Below, one piece after another: positions 9,154 through 18,002 of a stretch of DNA of 64,000 nt. A program made the translations under genes and the position numbers. This stretch comes from Bacilli bacterium (GTDB taxonomy: Bacteria; Bacillota_I; Bacilli_A; RF39; UBA660), in assembly GCA_900768345.1 (NCBI GenBank), contig CAAGCO010000007.1, forward strand, positions 64,953-128,952, written 5' to 3'. The notes beneath the pieces were generated by a model that was given only the letters and a program-made list of their open reading frames with translations, made no database searches and had not been told where the DNA came from. The stretch's first letter is position 1, and each line of letters opens with the position of its first letter.

Positions 9154-9751
9154 TAGAAAGATAATATTATTATTTGCATTAGTTGGAATATTATTATTGG
9201 GGTTTTTAATATATAGGGTTAACAAAGATTTCTTAAGTAAGAATGCTAATAAAAAACAGATTGATTCTATAGAATATTATGGATATACATTAACTAAGAG
9301 TGATACAGATATATATAAAAGTACTTTCAAAGAACTAAGTAAAGTTTTAAATAACAAACCAATTGATAATACTGAATATGCTAAACTTATATCTAAATTA
9401 TTTATAATTGATTTGTATACTTTAAATAATAAGTTATCAAGTACTGATATAGGTGGTCTTGAATTTTTACATAAAGATTTAAGGGATAATTTTAAAGAGA
9501 ATATGGGAGCTACTTTATATAAATATGTTGAAAGTAATTTAGATGGTAAGAGAAAACAAGAGCTTCCAATTGTTAAAGAAGTAACTATTAGTGATGTTTT
9601 TGAAACTAAATACACTTATAATAAAAAAGAATATAATGCATATTTAGTAACTGCTAATTGGACATATGAAAAAGATTTAGGATATCAAACAAGTGCTAAG
9701 TTAACAGTTATTAATGATAATGATATTCTATATATTGTTAAAGGTAATTAA
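9137..9751 (+). CDS. Membrane-anchored hypothetical protein
   Basis: It has an N-terminal TM helix (IILLFALVGILLLGFLI). The start was moved to the ATG at 9137 to reduce overlap with the LtaS gene. A terminator hairpin lies at 9751-9775. Confidence 0.45.
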   Translation: MRRKSDRKIILLFALVGILLLGFLIYRVNKDFLSKNANKKQIDSIEYYGYTLTKSDTDIYKSTFKELSKVLNNKPIDNTEYAKLISKLFIIDLYTLNNKLSSTDIGGLEFLHKDLRDNFKENMGATLYKYVESNLDGKRKQELPIVKEVTISDVFETKYTYNKKEYNAYLVTANWTYEKDLGYQTSAKLTVINDNDILYIVKGN

Positions 9752-9826
9752 GACTAGAAATAGTCTTTTTTATATTGATTTATATATAAAATTTGATATA
9801 ATCTATATATATTAGGAGGATAAAAA

Positions 9827-10423
9827 ATGAACGATAAAAACAAACCAATAATTATTGGTACTATTTTATTAATTGCTTGTGTTATTATTCTTGTAGTTAT
9901 TATGTCTATAAAAGGAAATAGTAATACCGATACCAATTCTTTTAAGTCTTCAGGTGATGTTAAAAAAATGGTTAAAAGTATTTATAATGAGTTAGGTGAT
10001 AAATTACCAGAACTTGTGTTTCAAAATGTTGATACTTCTTTAGATTCATTAAAAAGTTATACTGGTTTAAGTGATAACTCTAATATTGATTTTATGGTTG
10101 TATCTGAACCTGAAATGAATGCTCAAGCTTATAGTTTAGTTGCTTTAAAAGTAAAAGATGCATCTAAAATAGAAAGTATGAAACAAGAGATGTATGACAA
10201 TATAGATATGGCTAAATGGATTTGCGTAAGTGCTGAAAAATTATATATAACAAATAGTGGAGATCTTATATTTATGGTAATGTCTGTTGATGAATGGGCT
10301 ACGCCTGTTTATAACAGTTTTAAAAAATATGTTAATAATAATATAGGAAAAGAATTAACTAAGGATGAAGGAGAAAATATCAAACTTCCAGATGAGTTAC
10401 TTCAAACCCCAGAAGATAATTAA
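9827..10423 (+). CDS. Membrane-anchored hypothetical protein (DUF4358-like)
   Basis: It has a GGAGGA Shine-Dalgarno and an N-terminal TM helix. A terminator lies at 10429-10450. Confidence 0.45.
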   Translation: MNDKNKPIIIGTILLIACVIILVVIMSIKGNSNTDTNSFKSSGDVKKMVKSIYNELGDKLPELVFQNVDTSLDSLKSYTGLSDNSNIDFMVVSEPEMNAQAYSLVALKVKDASKIESMKQEMYDNIDMAKWICVSAEKLYITNSGDLIFMVMSVDEWATPVYNSFKKYVNNNIGKELTKDEGENIKLPDELLQTPEDN

Positions 10424-10461
10424 TATATGCTCCTTTATGGAGCTTTTTTAAAGGAGAATTT

Positions 10462-11853
10462 ATGGTATTTGCTAGTATTACATTTTTATATTATTTTTTA
10501 CCAATTTTTTTAATATTATATTTTATTTTTCCTAAAAAGTATAAAAATATAGTATTATTAATATTTTCATTTATATTTTATTTTTATGGTGAACCTAAAT
10601 ATATATTACTCATGTTAATTGAAGTGTTTTTTTCTTACTTTATGACTCTTAGTTTGGAAAAAAATAAAAGCAAGAGTTTACTTGGTATTATTATTTCTTT
10701 TCATATATTTTTACTTTGCGTATTTAAATATTTTAATTTTATAATTACTAATATAAATTCTATATTTGGTGGAAATATTTCTTTATTAAACATAGTGCTT
10801 CTGATTGGTATAAGTTTTTATACATTTCAGATTATTAGTTATGAAGTTGATGTTTATAGAGGTAAAGTAAAAGCATCTAAGAGTTTAATAGATTATATGA
10901 CATATGTATTTTTATTTCCTCAATTAATAGCTGGACCAATAGTAAGATATGAAACTATTAGTAAAGAATTAAAATCAAGAAAAGTAACGCTAGAAGATTT
11001 TAGTTATGGTGTTAATAGATTTATAATTGGTTTATTTAAAAAGGTAGTTATTGCTAATAATATAGGGGAGTTATGTAATATATTAAATAATAGTAGTGAA
11101 GTATCAGTTTTATTATATTGGGTTCTTGGCATTAGTTATATGCTACAGATATATTTTGATTTTTCTGGGTATAGTGATATAGCTATAGGTATTGGAAGAA
11201 TGATTGGATTTAAGTTTCCAGAGAACTTCAATTATCCTTATATTGCGAATAGTGTAACTGATTTTTGGAGACGTTGGCATATGACACTAAGTAGTTGGTT
11301 TAGAGATTATGTATATATACCGCTTGGAGGTAATAGAGTAAGTACACTTAAACATATTAGAAATATATTGGTTGTATGGATGCTTACTGGTTTATGGCAT
11401 GGAGCTAGTTGGAATTTTATAATATGGGGTATATACTTTGGTGTAATACTTATAATTGAAAAATATTGTCTTAATAAAGTGCTTGAAAAGTTACCAAGAG
11501 TAATTAGAAATATTTATGCAATGTTTATTGTTATGATAAGTTTTATTATATTTTCAAGTGATGATATAAGTAGTGCATTAGTTGCTATTAAAGGTTTATT
11601 TAGTTTTAGTAGTTTAAAATTTTCTAATGATTTTATAATTTACTATATAAGAAGTTATGGTGTTATATTAATTGGTGGTTTAGTGCTTTGTACTCCATTA
11701 ATTAAGAATGTTATTAATAAGTTAAGAGAAAATAAAATATTAAATTATATTATTAATATTTTTGAGGTTATTATTCTTGTTTTAGTACTTGTTGTTATTA
11801 CTTCTATGCTTATTGATAGTAGTTATAATCCATTTTTATATTTTAGGTTTTAA
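10462..11853 (+). CDS. MBOAT-family membrane O-acyltransferase (AlgI/DltB-like)
   Basis: The 463-aa polytopic protein carries the conserved MBOAT His region (WRRWHMTLSSWFRDYVYIPLGG; LWHGASWNF). Confidence 0.8.
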   Translation: MVFASITFLYYFLPIFLILYFIFPKKYKNIVLLIFSFIFYFYGEPKYILLMLIEVFFSYFMTLSLEKNKSKSLLGIIISFHIFLLCVFKYFNFIITNINSIFGGNISLLNIVLLIGISFYTFQIISYEVDVYRGKVKASKSLIDYMTYVFLFPQLIAGPIVRYETISKELKSRKVTLEDFSYGVNRFIIGLFKKVVIANNIGELCNILNNSSEVSVLLYWVLGISYMLQIYFDFSGYSDIAIGIGRMIGFKFPENFNYPYIANSVTDFWRRWHMTLSSWFRDYVYIPLGGNRVSTLKHIRNILVVWMLTGLWHGASWNFIIWGIYFGVILIIEKYCLNKVLEKLPRVIRNIYAMFIVMISFIIFSSDDISSALVAIKGLFSFSSLKFSNDFIIYYIRSYGVILIGGLVLCTPLIKNVINKLRENKILNYIINIFEVIILVLVLVVITSMLIDSSYNPFLYFRF

Positions 11854-11862
11854 GGAGGGTAT

Positions 11863-12939
11863 ATGAGTAACAAATATAGAGATATAGTTATTAGTTTATT
11901 ATTTGTATTAATACTTTTATTATTCTTTGTTTTAAACGTTTTTAAGAGTGATACTCTAGTATCAGTAAGTGAGAGACGTAAACTTACATTAATGCCTAAA
12001 TTTAGTTTAAAAAGTGTGTTTAATGGGACATATTTTAATGAAGTAGATAAATATACTACTGATCAATTTATATTTAGAGATACTTTTAGAACATTGAAGG
12101 CTAAAATGGATTTAAATATTAAAAATAATTATCATAATTTATATATAAAAGATAATAATTTTATAGAAATGGAATATCCATTAAATATTAATTCAGTAGA
12201 TAACTTAATAAATAAAATTAATTATATAAAAGATCATTATTTAAAAGAAAGTAATGTTTATTATTCAATAATACCTGATAAAAATTATTTTGTTAATAAA
12301 GGTAATTTAAGAATAAATTATGAATATTTAGAAGAATATATGTATGATAAACTAAATTTTAAGTATATTGATATTTTTAATACTTTAAAATTAGATGATT
12401 ATTATAAGACTGATAGTCACTTTAAGATTAATAAAATTGATAAAGTTGCTTCTAGATTATTAAGTGGTATGAATAATTATAGTAGTATTGATTATAGTGT
12501 GGAAAAAGTTGGTAGTTTTGATGGTGTTTATAAGTCAAGAATACCTATAAGTAGTGAAAGTGATGACTTATATATTATTAAGAATGATTTTATAAATAAT
12601 AGTTTAGTTTATGATTATAGTAAAAAAAGGTATATAGATTTTTATGATAAGAGTAAACTTAAAGGAAACGATAAGTATGAAATGTATTTAGGAGGAAGTA
12701 ATCCTTTAATTAGTATTTATAATAATGATACTAGTAGTGATAGAGAATTAGTAATATTTAGAGATAGTTTTGGTAGCTCTTTAGCTCCTTTGCTAGTTTC
12801 ATCATATAAAATTATTACTTTAGTGGATACTAGGTATATGAGTCCTAAAATACTTGGTAATTATATTGATTTTAATAATAAAGATGTTCTATTTATTTAT
12901 AATACTTCTATTATAAATAATAGTTATAGTTTAAAATAA
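11863..12939 (+). CDS. DHHW-family protein (AlgJ/AlgX-like partner of MBOAT)
   Basis: It has an N-terminal TM helix and a KTDSHF motif, and is translationally coupled downstream of the MBOAT gene. Confidence 0.55.
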   Translation: MSNKYRDIVISLLFVLILLLFFVLNVFKSDTLVSVSERRKLTLMPKFSLKSVFNGTYFNEVDKYTTDQFIFRDTFRTLKAKMDLNIKNNYHNLYIKDNNFIEMEYPLNINSVDNLINKINYIKDHYLKESNVYYSIIPDKNYFVNKGNLRINYEYLEEYMYDKLNFKYIDIFNTLKLDDYYKTDSHFKINKIDKVASRLLSGMNNYSSIDYSVEKVGSFDGVYKSRIPISSESDDLYIIKNDFINNSLVYDYSKKRYIDFYDKSKLKGNDKYEMYLGGSNPLISIYNNDTSSDRELVIFRDSFGSSLAPLLVSSYKIITLVDTRYMSPKILGNYIDFNNKDVLFIYNTSIINNSYSLK

Positions 12940-12989
12940 AAATAATTTACGTCGTGAGTAAACTATATTATATTATTGTTAATGAAGTA

Positions 12990-13056
12990 CTTTTGATTCC
13001 CCTGAGTCAGGTACCACGAGTTTTGTTACCTAACTACTAGTGAGTTAGGTTTTATT
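12990..13056 (+). ncRNA. Candidate antitoxin sRNA of type I TA copy 1, ending in a rho-independent terminator
   Basis: The hairpin ACCTAACTAC-tagtg-AGTTAGGT is followed by TTTATT. The element is about 70% identical to the 45598-45674 element and is convergent with the small hydrophobic ORF. Confidence 0.35.
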
Positions 13057-13069
13057 ATGTTCTAAGATA

Positions 13070-13138
13070 TTAATCGAAGATGATTAATAAAATAATGATT
13101 ACTAGAAGAACTACTATTAGTAAATCTTTTTTCCTAAT
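13070..13138 (-). CDS. Candidate type I toxin peptide (22 aa, hydrophobic), apparently with a non-AUG (AUU/AUA) start
   Basis: The minus strand reads AAGGAGGTG-atata-ATT AGG AAA AAA GAT ... TAA. The peptide is IRKKDLLIVVLLVIIILLIIFD and aligns with the 29-aa peptide at 45675-45764. Confidence 0.35.
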   Translation of the reverse strand: MRKKDLLIVVLLVIIILLIIFD

Positions 13139-13297
13139 TATATCACCTCCTTATATGAAAAATAAAATATGAAATTTTAGATTTTGAGGTGGTATCAATG
13201 TGCCATAATTGGTTTGAATCATTAATATTTTTAAAATAATAAATGAAATTTATATTTTTTAAATAAATAAGACTAGAAATTGTCTTTTAATTTGTTA

Positions 13298-13326
13298 TTT
13301 ACATAGACCCCCCTAGGGTGTATAAT
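13298..13326 (+). promoter_or_regulatory. Promoter of the csoR-like/suf operon with a C-tract pseudo-palindrome (candidate CsoR/RcnR operator) in the spacer
   Basis: TTTACA lies at 13298-13303, followed by the 17-nt spacer TAGACCCCCCTAGGGTG and TATAAT at 13321-13326. The core CCCTAGGG is palindromic. Confidence 0.5.
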
Positions 13327-13342
13327 ATTTTTGGTGATTTAA

Positions 13343-13651
13343 ATGAGAGAAGAGTGTAAAAATTGTGGTATGTGTATGAATTCATTTCATAGAACTGAAA
13401 AAGAAACTCAAGATTTAATAAAAAGACTTAATGTAATAGAAGGACAAATTAAGGGTGTTAGACAAATGCTTGAGAGTGAACGTAAATGTGAAGATGTGTT
13501 AATACAAGTATCAGCAATAACTAAATCATTACAAAGTTTTGGTAATACATTATTAAAAAGTCATTTAGAGACTTGTGTTACTAAAAAAATATTAAAGGGT
13601 GAAAATAAAGCTATAGATGAAGCTATGGATTTATTTAAGAAATTATATTAG
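13343..13651 (+). CDS. CsoR/RcnR/FrmR-family metal-sensing transcriptional repressor
   Basis: The protein is 102 aa and all-helical, with conserved Cys/His residues (C-x2-C near the N-terminus, a His, then CEDV...C). It is the first gene of the suf cluster. Confidence 0.7.
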   Translation: MREECKNCGMCMNSFHRTEKETQDLIKRLNVIEGQIKGVRQMLESERKCEDVLIQVSAITKSLQSFGNTLLKSHLETCVTKKILKGENKAIDEAMDLFKKLY

Positions 13652-13660
13652 AGGTGGAAT

Positions 13661-14398
13661 ATGCTAGAGATTAAAAATATAAATGTTAAAATTAAGGATT
13701 CTGATAAACATATAATAAATGGACTTTCTCTAGATATTAAAGATGGGGAAGTACATGCGATTATGGGGCCTAATGGTACTGGTAAAAGTACGTTATCTAA
13801 AGTAATAATGGGTAACTATAAATATGAGCTTACAGATGGAGATATATTATTTAATGGTGAAAGTCTTAAAAATTTAGAGGTAAATGAAAGAGCTAAAAGA
13901 GGAATATTCTTAGCTATGCAAGATCCTACTGTAGTAGATGGTGTTACTAATAGTGAATTTTTAAAGACTGCTAGTAGAGAAATAACTGGTGAAAATATTG
14001 ATTACTTTAAGTTTCTTGATGAAGTTAATAAATCAATAGAAGACTTAGAATTTGATAAAGATATGTTATATCGTCATTTAAATAAAGGCTTTTCTGGTGG
14101 TGAAAAGAAAAAAAATGAAGTACTACAAATAAAGATGTTAAAACCTAAATTTATAATACTTGATGAAATAGATAGTGGACTAGATGTAGATAGTCTTAGA
14201 ATAGTATGTGAAAATATTAATAAATATAGAGAAGAGCATAAAGATACTTCAGTACTTATAATTACACATTATCCTAGAATACTAGAATATATTAATCCAG
14301 ACTTTGTTCATATTATGAATAATGGTAAGATTGTTAAAACAGGAAATATAGATTTAGCATTTGATACAGAGAAATATGGATATCATGAAAGAGGATAA
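13661..14398 (+). CDS. sufC: Fe-S cluster assembly ATPase SufC
   Basis: Walker A is GPNGTGKST, the ABC signature is FSGGEKKK, and Walker B is ILDEIDSGLD. Confidence 0.9.
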   Translation: MLEIKNINVKIKDSDKHIINGLSLDIKDGEVHAIMGPNGTGKSTLSKVIMGNYKYELTDGDILFNGESLKNLEVNERAKRGIFLAMQDPTVVDGVTNSEFLKTASREITGENIDYFKFLDEVNKSIEDLEFDKDMLYRHLNKGFSGGEKKKNEVLQIKMLKPKFIILDEIDSGLDVDSLRIVCENINKYREEHKDTSVLIITHYPRILEYINPDFVHIMNNGKIVKTGNIDLAFDTEKYGYHERG

Positions 14399-14400
14399 TC

Positions 14401-15000
14401 ATGGGAACAGTGAATATAAATGAAAATAAAGAATTATATTTATTTGATAAAAGTAATCAATGTAGAACTTATAATGTAAGTGAAAATACTAAATTAGTTA
14501 TATATCAATATGGAATAAATATAGATAATGATATAGTTATAAATTTAAATGGAAAAAATGCAGAAGTAGAATATCACTATAGTACAATTAATTATGATGA
14601 TCATAAATATAAAATAGTAGTAAATCATAATAGTGAAAAGACTATAAGTAATATATATAATCATGGAGTTAATGTAAAAGATAATAAACTTGATTTTGAT
14701 ATAACTGGTTATGTGCCAAATAAAAGTGATAAAAGTGAATGTAATCAAAAAAATCAAATACTTAATATTAGAGATGGTAAAAGTACTATACTTCCTAAAT
14801 TATTAATAGATAATTACGATGTGGTAAGTTCTCACTCTGCATATATTGGTAAATTTAAAGATGAAATACTTTTCTATTTAATGAGTAGAGGTATTAGTAA
14901 GAAAGTAAGTTATGACTTATTAATTAAAAGTTTTCTAATTAATGGTTGTGAAAAGAAAGAAATAATAGAAGAGTTAGAAAAAGAAATAGATAAGATTTGA
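14401..15000 (+). CDS. sufD: Short SufD-like (SufB/D-family) protein
   Basis: Its C-terminal segment (ILFYLMSRGISKKVSYDLLIKSFL) parallels the SufB C-terminus (VLFYLMSRGLSDEKATELIVLGFL). Confidence 0.6.
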   Translation: MGTVNINENKELYLFDKSNQCRTYNVSENTKLVIYQYGINIDNDIVINLNGKNAEVEYHYSTINYDDHKYKIVVNHNSEKTISNIYNHGVNVKDNKLDFDITGYVPNKSDKSECNQKNQILNIRDGKSTILPKLLIDNYDVVSSHSAYIGKFKDEILFYLMSRGISKKVSYDLLIKSFLINGCEKKEIIEELEKEIDKI

Positions 15001-15008
15001 GGTGAAGT

Positions 15009-16205
15009 ATGAATAGAGAAGATTTTCCAGCAATAGATGAGAATTTAATATATTTTGATAATAGTGCTACTTCATTAAAACCTAAATGTGTCATTGATAA
15101 GATGGTAGAATACTATAGTAAATATACTTCTAATATACATAGAGGTGACTATAATAATGCGATTCGTACTAATAAAGAGTATGATGAAACAAGAGATGTT
15201 GTTAAAGATTTTATTCATGCTAAAAACAGTGATGAAATAGTTTTTACTAGCGGAACAACTGATTCTATGAATACTATAGTTTTCGGATACTTTAAAAATA
15301 TACTTAATAAAGATGATGAAGTATTAATTACTAAGAGTGAACATGCATCTAATGTGCTTCCTTGGTTTGTACTTGAAAAGATGGGCAAATGTACTGTTAA
15401 ATATATACCACTTAATGAAGATCATGAAGTAACTTTAGAGAATGTAAAATCTTCAATAACTAAAAATACTAAAGTAATAAGTATAGCTCATGTATCCAAT
15501 GTAATAGGAGACGTACGTGATATAGAAGGCATTGGTGAAGTAGCAAAAGAAAATAATTTATATTTTGTTGTTGATGCTGCTCAAAGTGTATCTCATATAA
15601 ATATAGATGTTGTTAAAAGTAATGTGTCTTTTTTAGCGTTTAGTGGACATAAGATGTGTGGTCCAACTGGAGTAGGTGTTCTATATGGAAAGGGTGACTA
15701 TTTAAAAGATTTAGTACCACTTAAGTATGGTGGAGGGATGAATGAAAGCTTTGAAAGTGATAAATGTTATGTACTTAAAAATTATCCAACTAATCTTGAA
15801 GCAGGAACTCCTCCGATAGCTGAAGTAATAGGTCTTAAAGAAGCAATTAACTATGTAACAAAAATTGGTGTTGATAATATTCATAAACATGAATTAGAAC
15901 TTAAAAAGTACTTAATATCTAAGATAGAAAATATGGATAATATAATTATCTATAATAAGAATAGTGAAAGCGGAATAGTTACATTTAATATAAAAGATGT
16001 TTTTGCTCAAGATACATCTATATATCTAAATACATATGGTATAGCTATAAGAGCGGGAAATCATTGTGCTAAGATATTAAAAGATGAAATAGATATTAAA
16101 AATACATGTAGAATTAGTTTCTATATTTATAATACATTTGAAGAAGTAGATAAATTAGTAGAAGCACTTAAAAATAGTGATAAATTATATGATGTGGTGA
16201 TATAG
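15009..16205 (+). CDS. sufS: Cysteine desulfurase SufS (class-V aminotransferase)
   Basis: FSGHKMCGPTGVGVLYGK carries the PLP-binding Lys. The active-site Cys lies in the RAGNHCA motif. Confidence 0.85.
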   Translation: MNREDFPAIDENLIYFDNSATSLKPKCVIDKMVEYYSKYTSNIHRGDYNNAIRTNKEYDETRDVVKDFIHAKNSDEIVFTSGTTDSMNTIVFGYFKNILNKDDEVLITKSEHASNVLPWFVLEKMGKCTVKYIPLNEDHEVTLENVKSSITKNTKVISIAHVSNVIGDVRDIEGIGEVAKENNLYFVVDAAQSVSHINIDVVKSNVSFLAFSGHKMCGPTGVGVLYGKGDYLKDLVPLKYGGGMNESFESDKCYVLKNYPTNLEAGTPPIAEVIGLKEAINYVTKIGVDNIHKHELELKKYLISKIENMDNIIIYNKNSESGIVTFNIKDVFAQDTSIYLNTYGIAIRAGNHCAKILKDEIDIKNTCRISFYIYNTFEEVDKLVEALKNSDKLYDVVI

Positions 16206-16634
16206 ATGAATAAAGAAATTAAAAGAGAAATAATACTTGATAATTATCAAAATCCTGTTAATAGGGGACTTGTAGATGATAAAAGTTATATTCTTAAAAA
16301 TACTAATAGTGATTCATGTATAGATAATATAGATTTAATGTTAAAGATAGTAGATGATAAAATAGTGGATGCTAGATTTGATGGGGAAGCATGTGCGATA
16401 TGTACTTCTGCTGTTAGTATAATGATAAAAAAAGTTATTGGTAAAACAATAAGTGAAGCAGAACGAATAATAACTAATTATCAAAATATGATTAATGAGA
16501 AAGAATATGATAAAGATTTACTTGGAGAGTTAAATGTATATGATGAAATATATTTACAACCAAATCGTAAGAATTGTGCATTACTTCCAAGTAAAGCAAT
16601 TATTAATATAATTAAAATATACGAAGATAAATAG
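16206..16634 (+). CDS. sufU: SufU/IscU-like sulfur-acceptor scaffold
   Basis: Three conserved Cys lie in the segments SDSCIDN, GEACAICTSA and RKNCALLP. Confidence 0.7.
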   Translation: MNKEIKREIILDNYQNPVNRGLVDDKSYILKNTNSDSCIDNIDLMLKIVDDKIVDARFDGEACAICTSAVSIMIKKVIGKTISEAERIITNYQNMINEKEYDKDLLGELNVYDEIYLQPNRKNCALLPSKAIINIIKIYEDK

Positions 16635-16648
16635 AAAGAAGAGAATGT

Positions 16649-17968
16649 ATGGAAATAGTAGGTTTAACAAAAGAAAATGTACTTAAGATTTCTAATATAA
16701 AAAAAGAAGAGGATTGGATTCGTAACTTTAGACTTAAAGGCTACGAAAGCTTTATGAAACAAGGTAATCCTTCATTTGGTCCTGATATAAAATTAAATTA
16801 TGATAAAATAGTTTATTATAAAAGTAATGATGTAGATAAGAAGATAGAGAGTAACTGGAATAATGTTCTTAAACCTGTTGTTGATGAACTTGATGATTTA
16901 GGTGTACTTGAGAGTGAAAAACATTTAGGTGGCATGGGAGTACAATATGAAAGTGAAGTAATCTATCATAACATGTTAGAAGAACTTGAAAAAAAGAATG
17001 TAATATTTACTTCTATTGAGACTGCGATGAGGGAACACAAAGATATAGTAGAAAAATATTTTGGTAAGATTGTTAATATGAATGAAAACAAATTTGCTGC
17101 TTTAAATAGTGCTGTATTTAGTGGTGGCAGTTTTATTTATATACCAAAGAATACTCATTTAGATAGACCTCTTCAAAGTTATTTTAGAATTAATAGTAAG
17201 AACATGGGTCAATTTGAAAGAACTTTAATAATAGTAGATGATAACTCAAGTCTTCATTATGTTGAAGGATGTACTGCTCCTACATATAGTGAGTCTTCAC
17301 TTCATGCAGCAGTTGTAGAAATATATGTTGGAAAAAATAGTAAATGTAGATATTCAACTATTCAAAACTGGGCTACTAATGTGTATAATTTAGTTACTAA
17401 AAGAGCATTAGTTGATGAAGGCGGACTAATGGAATGGATTGATGGTAATATTGGTTCTAAGATTACTATGAAGTATCCATGTTGTGTTTTAAAGGGAGAT
17501 AACTCAAGTGGTACATGTATTACTATTGGAGTTGCTAAAGAAGGGCAAATCCAAGATACTGGTGCTCGTATGATTCATATAGGTAAAAATACTAAGAGTA
17601 ATATAGTATCTAAAAGTATAGCTAGCAATGGAGGAAACTCTACATATAGAGGTAAAGTTGATATAAAGAAAACTGCAGGGAATAGTGAAGCTATGGTTAA
17701 ATGTGATACTTTAATACTAGATGGTATTTCTAAGAGTGACACTATACCAGTTAATATATGTAACAATATAACATCAAATATTGAACATGAAGCAACTGTT
17801 TCTAAAATAAGTGATGAAGTACTTTTCTATTTAATGAGTAGAGGACTTAGTGATGAGAAAGCAACTGAGTTAATAGTACTTGGATTCTTGGACAGATTTA
17901 GAAGTGAACTTCCTATGGAGTATGCTGTTGAATTAAATCAATTAATTAAAAATAATTTGCATTTATAA
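16649..17968 (+). CDS. sufB: Fe-S cluster assembly protein SufB
   Basis: The 439-aa protein is a SufB/D beta-helix family member. A bidirectional terminator lies at 17974-18003. Confidence 0.85.
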   Translation: MEIVGLTKENVLKISNIKKEEDWIRNFRLKGYESFMKQGNPSFGPDIKLNYDKIVYYKSNDVDKKIESNWNNVLKPVVDELDDLGVLESEKHLGGMGVQYESEVIYHNMLEELEKKNVIFTSIETAMREHKDIVEKYFGKIVNMNENKFAALNSAVFSGGSFIYIPKNTHLDRPLQSYFRINSKNMGQFERTLIIVDDNSSLHYVEGCTAPTYSESSLHAAVVEIYVGKNSKCRYSTIQNWATNVYNLVTKRALVDEGGLMEWIDGNIGSKITMKYPCCVLKGDNSSGTCITIGVAKEGQIQDTGARMIHIGKNTKSNIVSKSIASNGGNSTYRGKVDIKKTAGNSEAMVKCDTLILDGISKSDTIPVNICNNITSNIEHEATVSKISDEVLFYLMSRGLSDEKATELIVLGFLDRFRSELPMEYAVELNQLIKNNLHL

Positions 17969-18002
17969 AATAAAAAGAGTTAAGAAATTCTTAACTCTTT
18001 TT

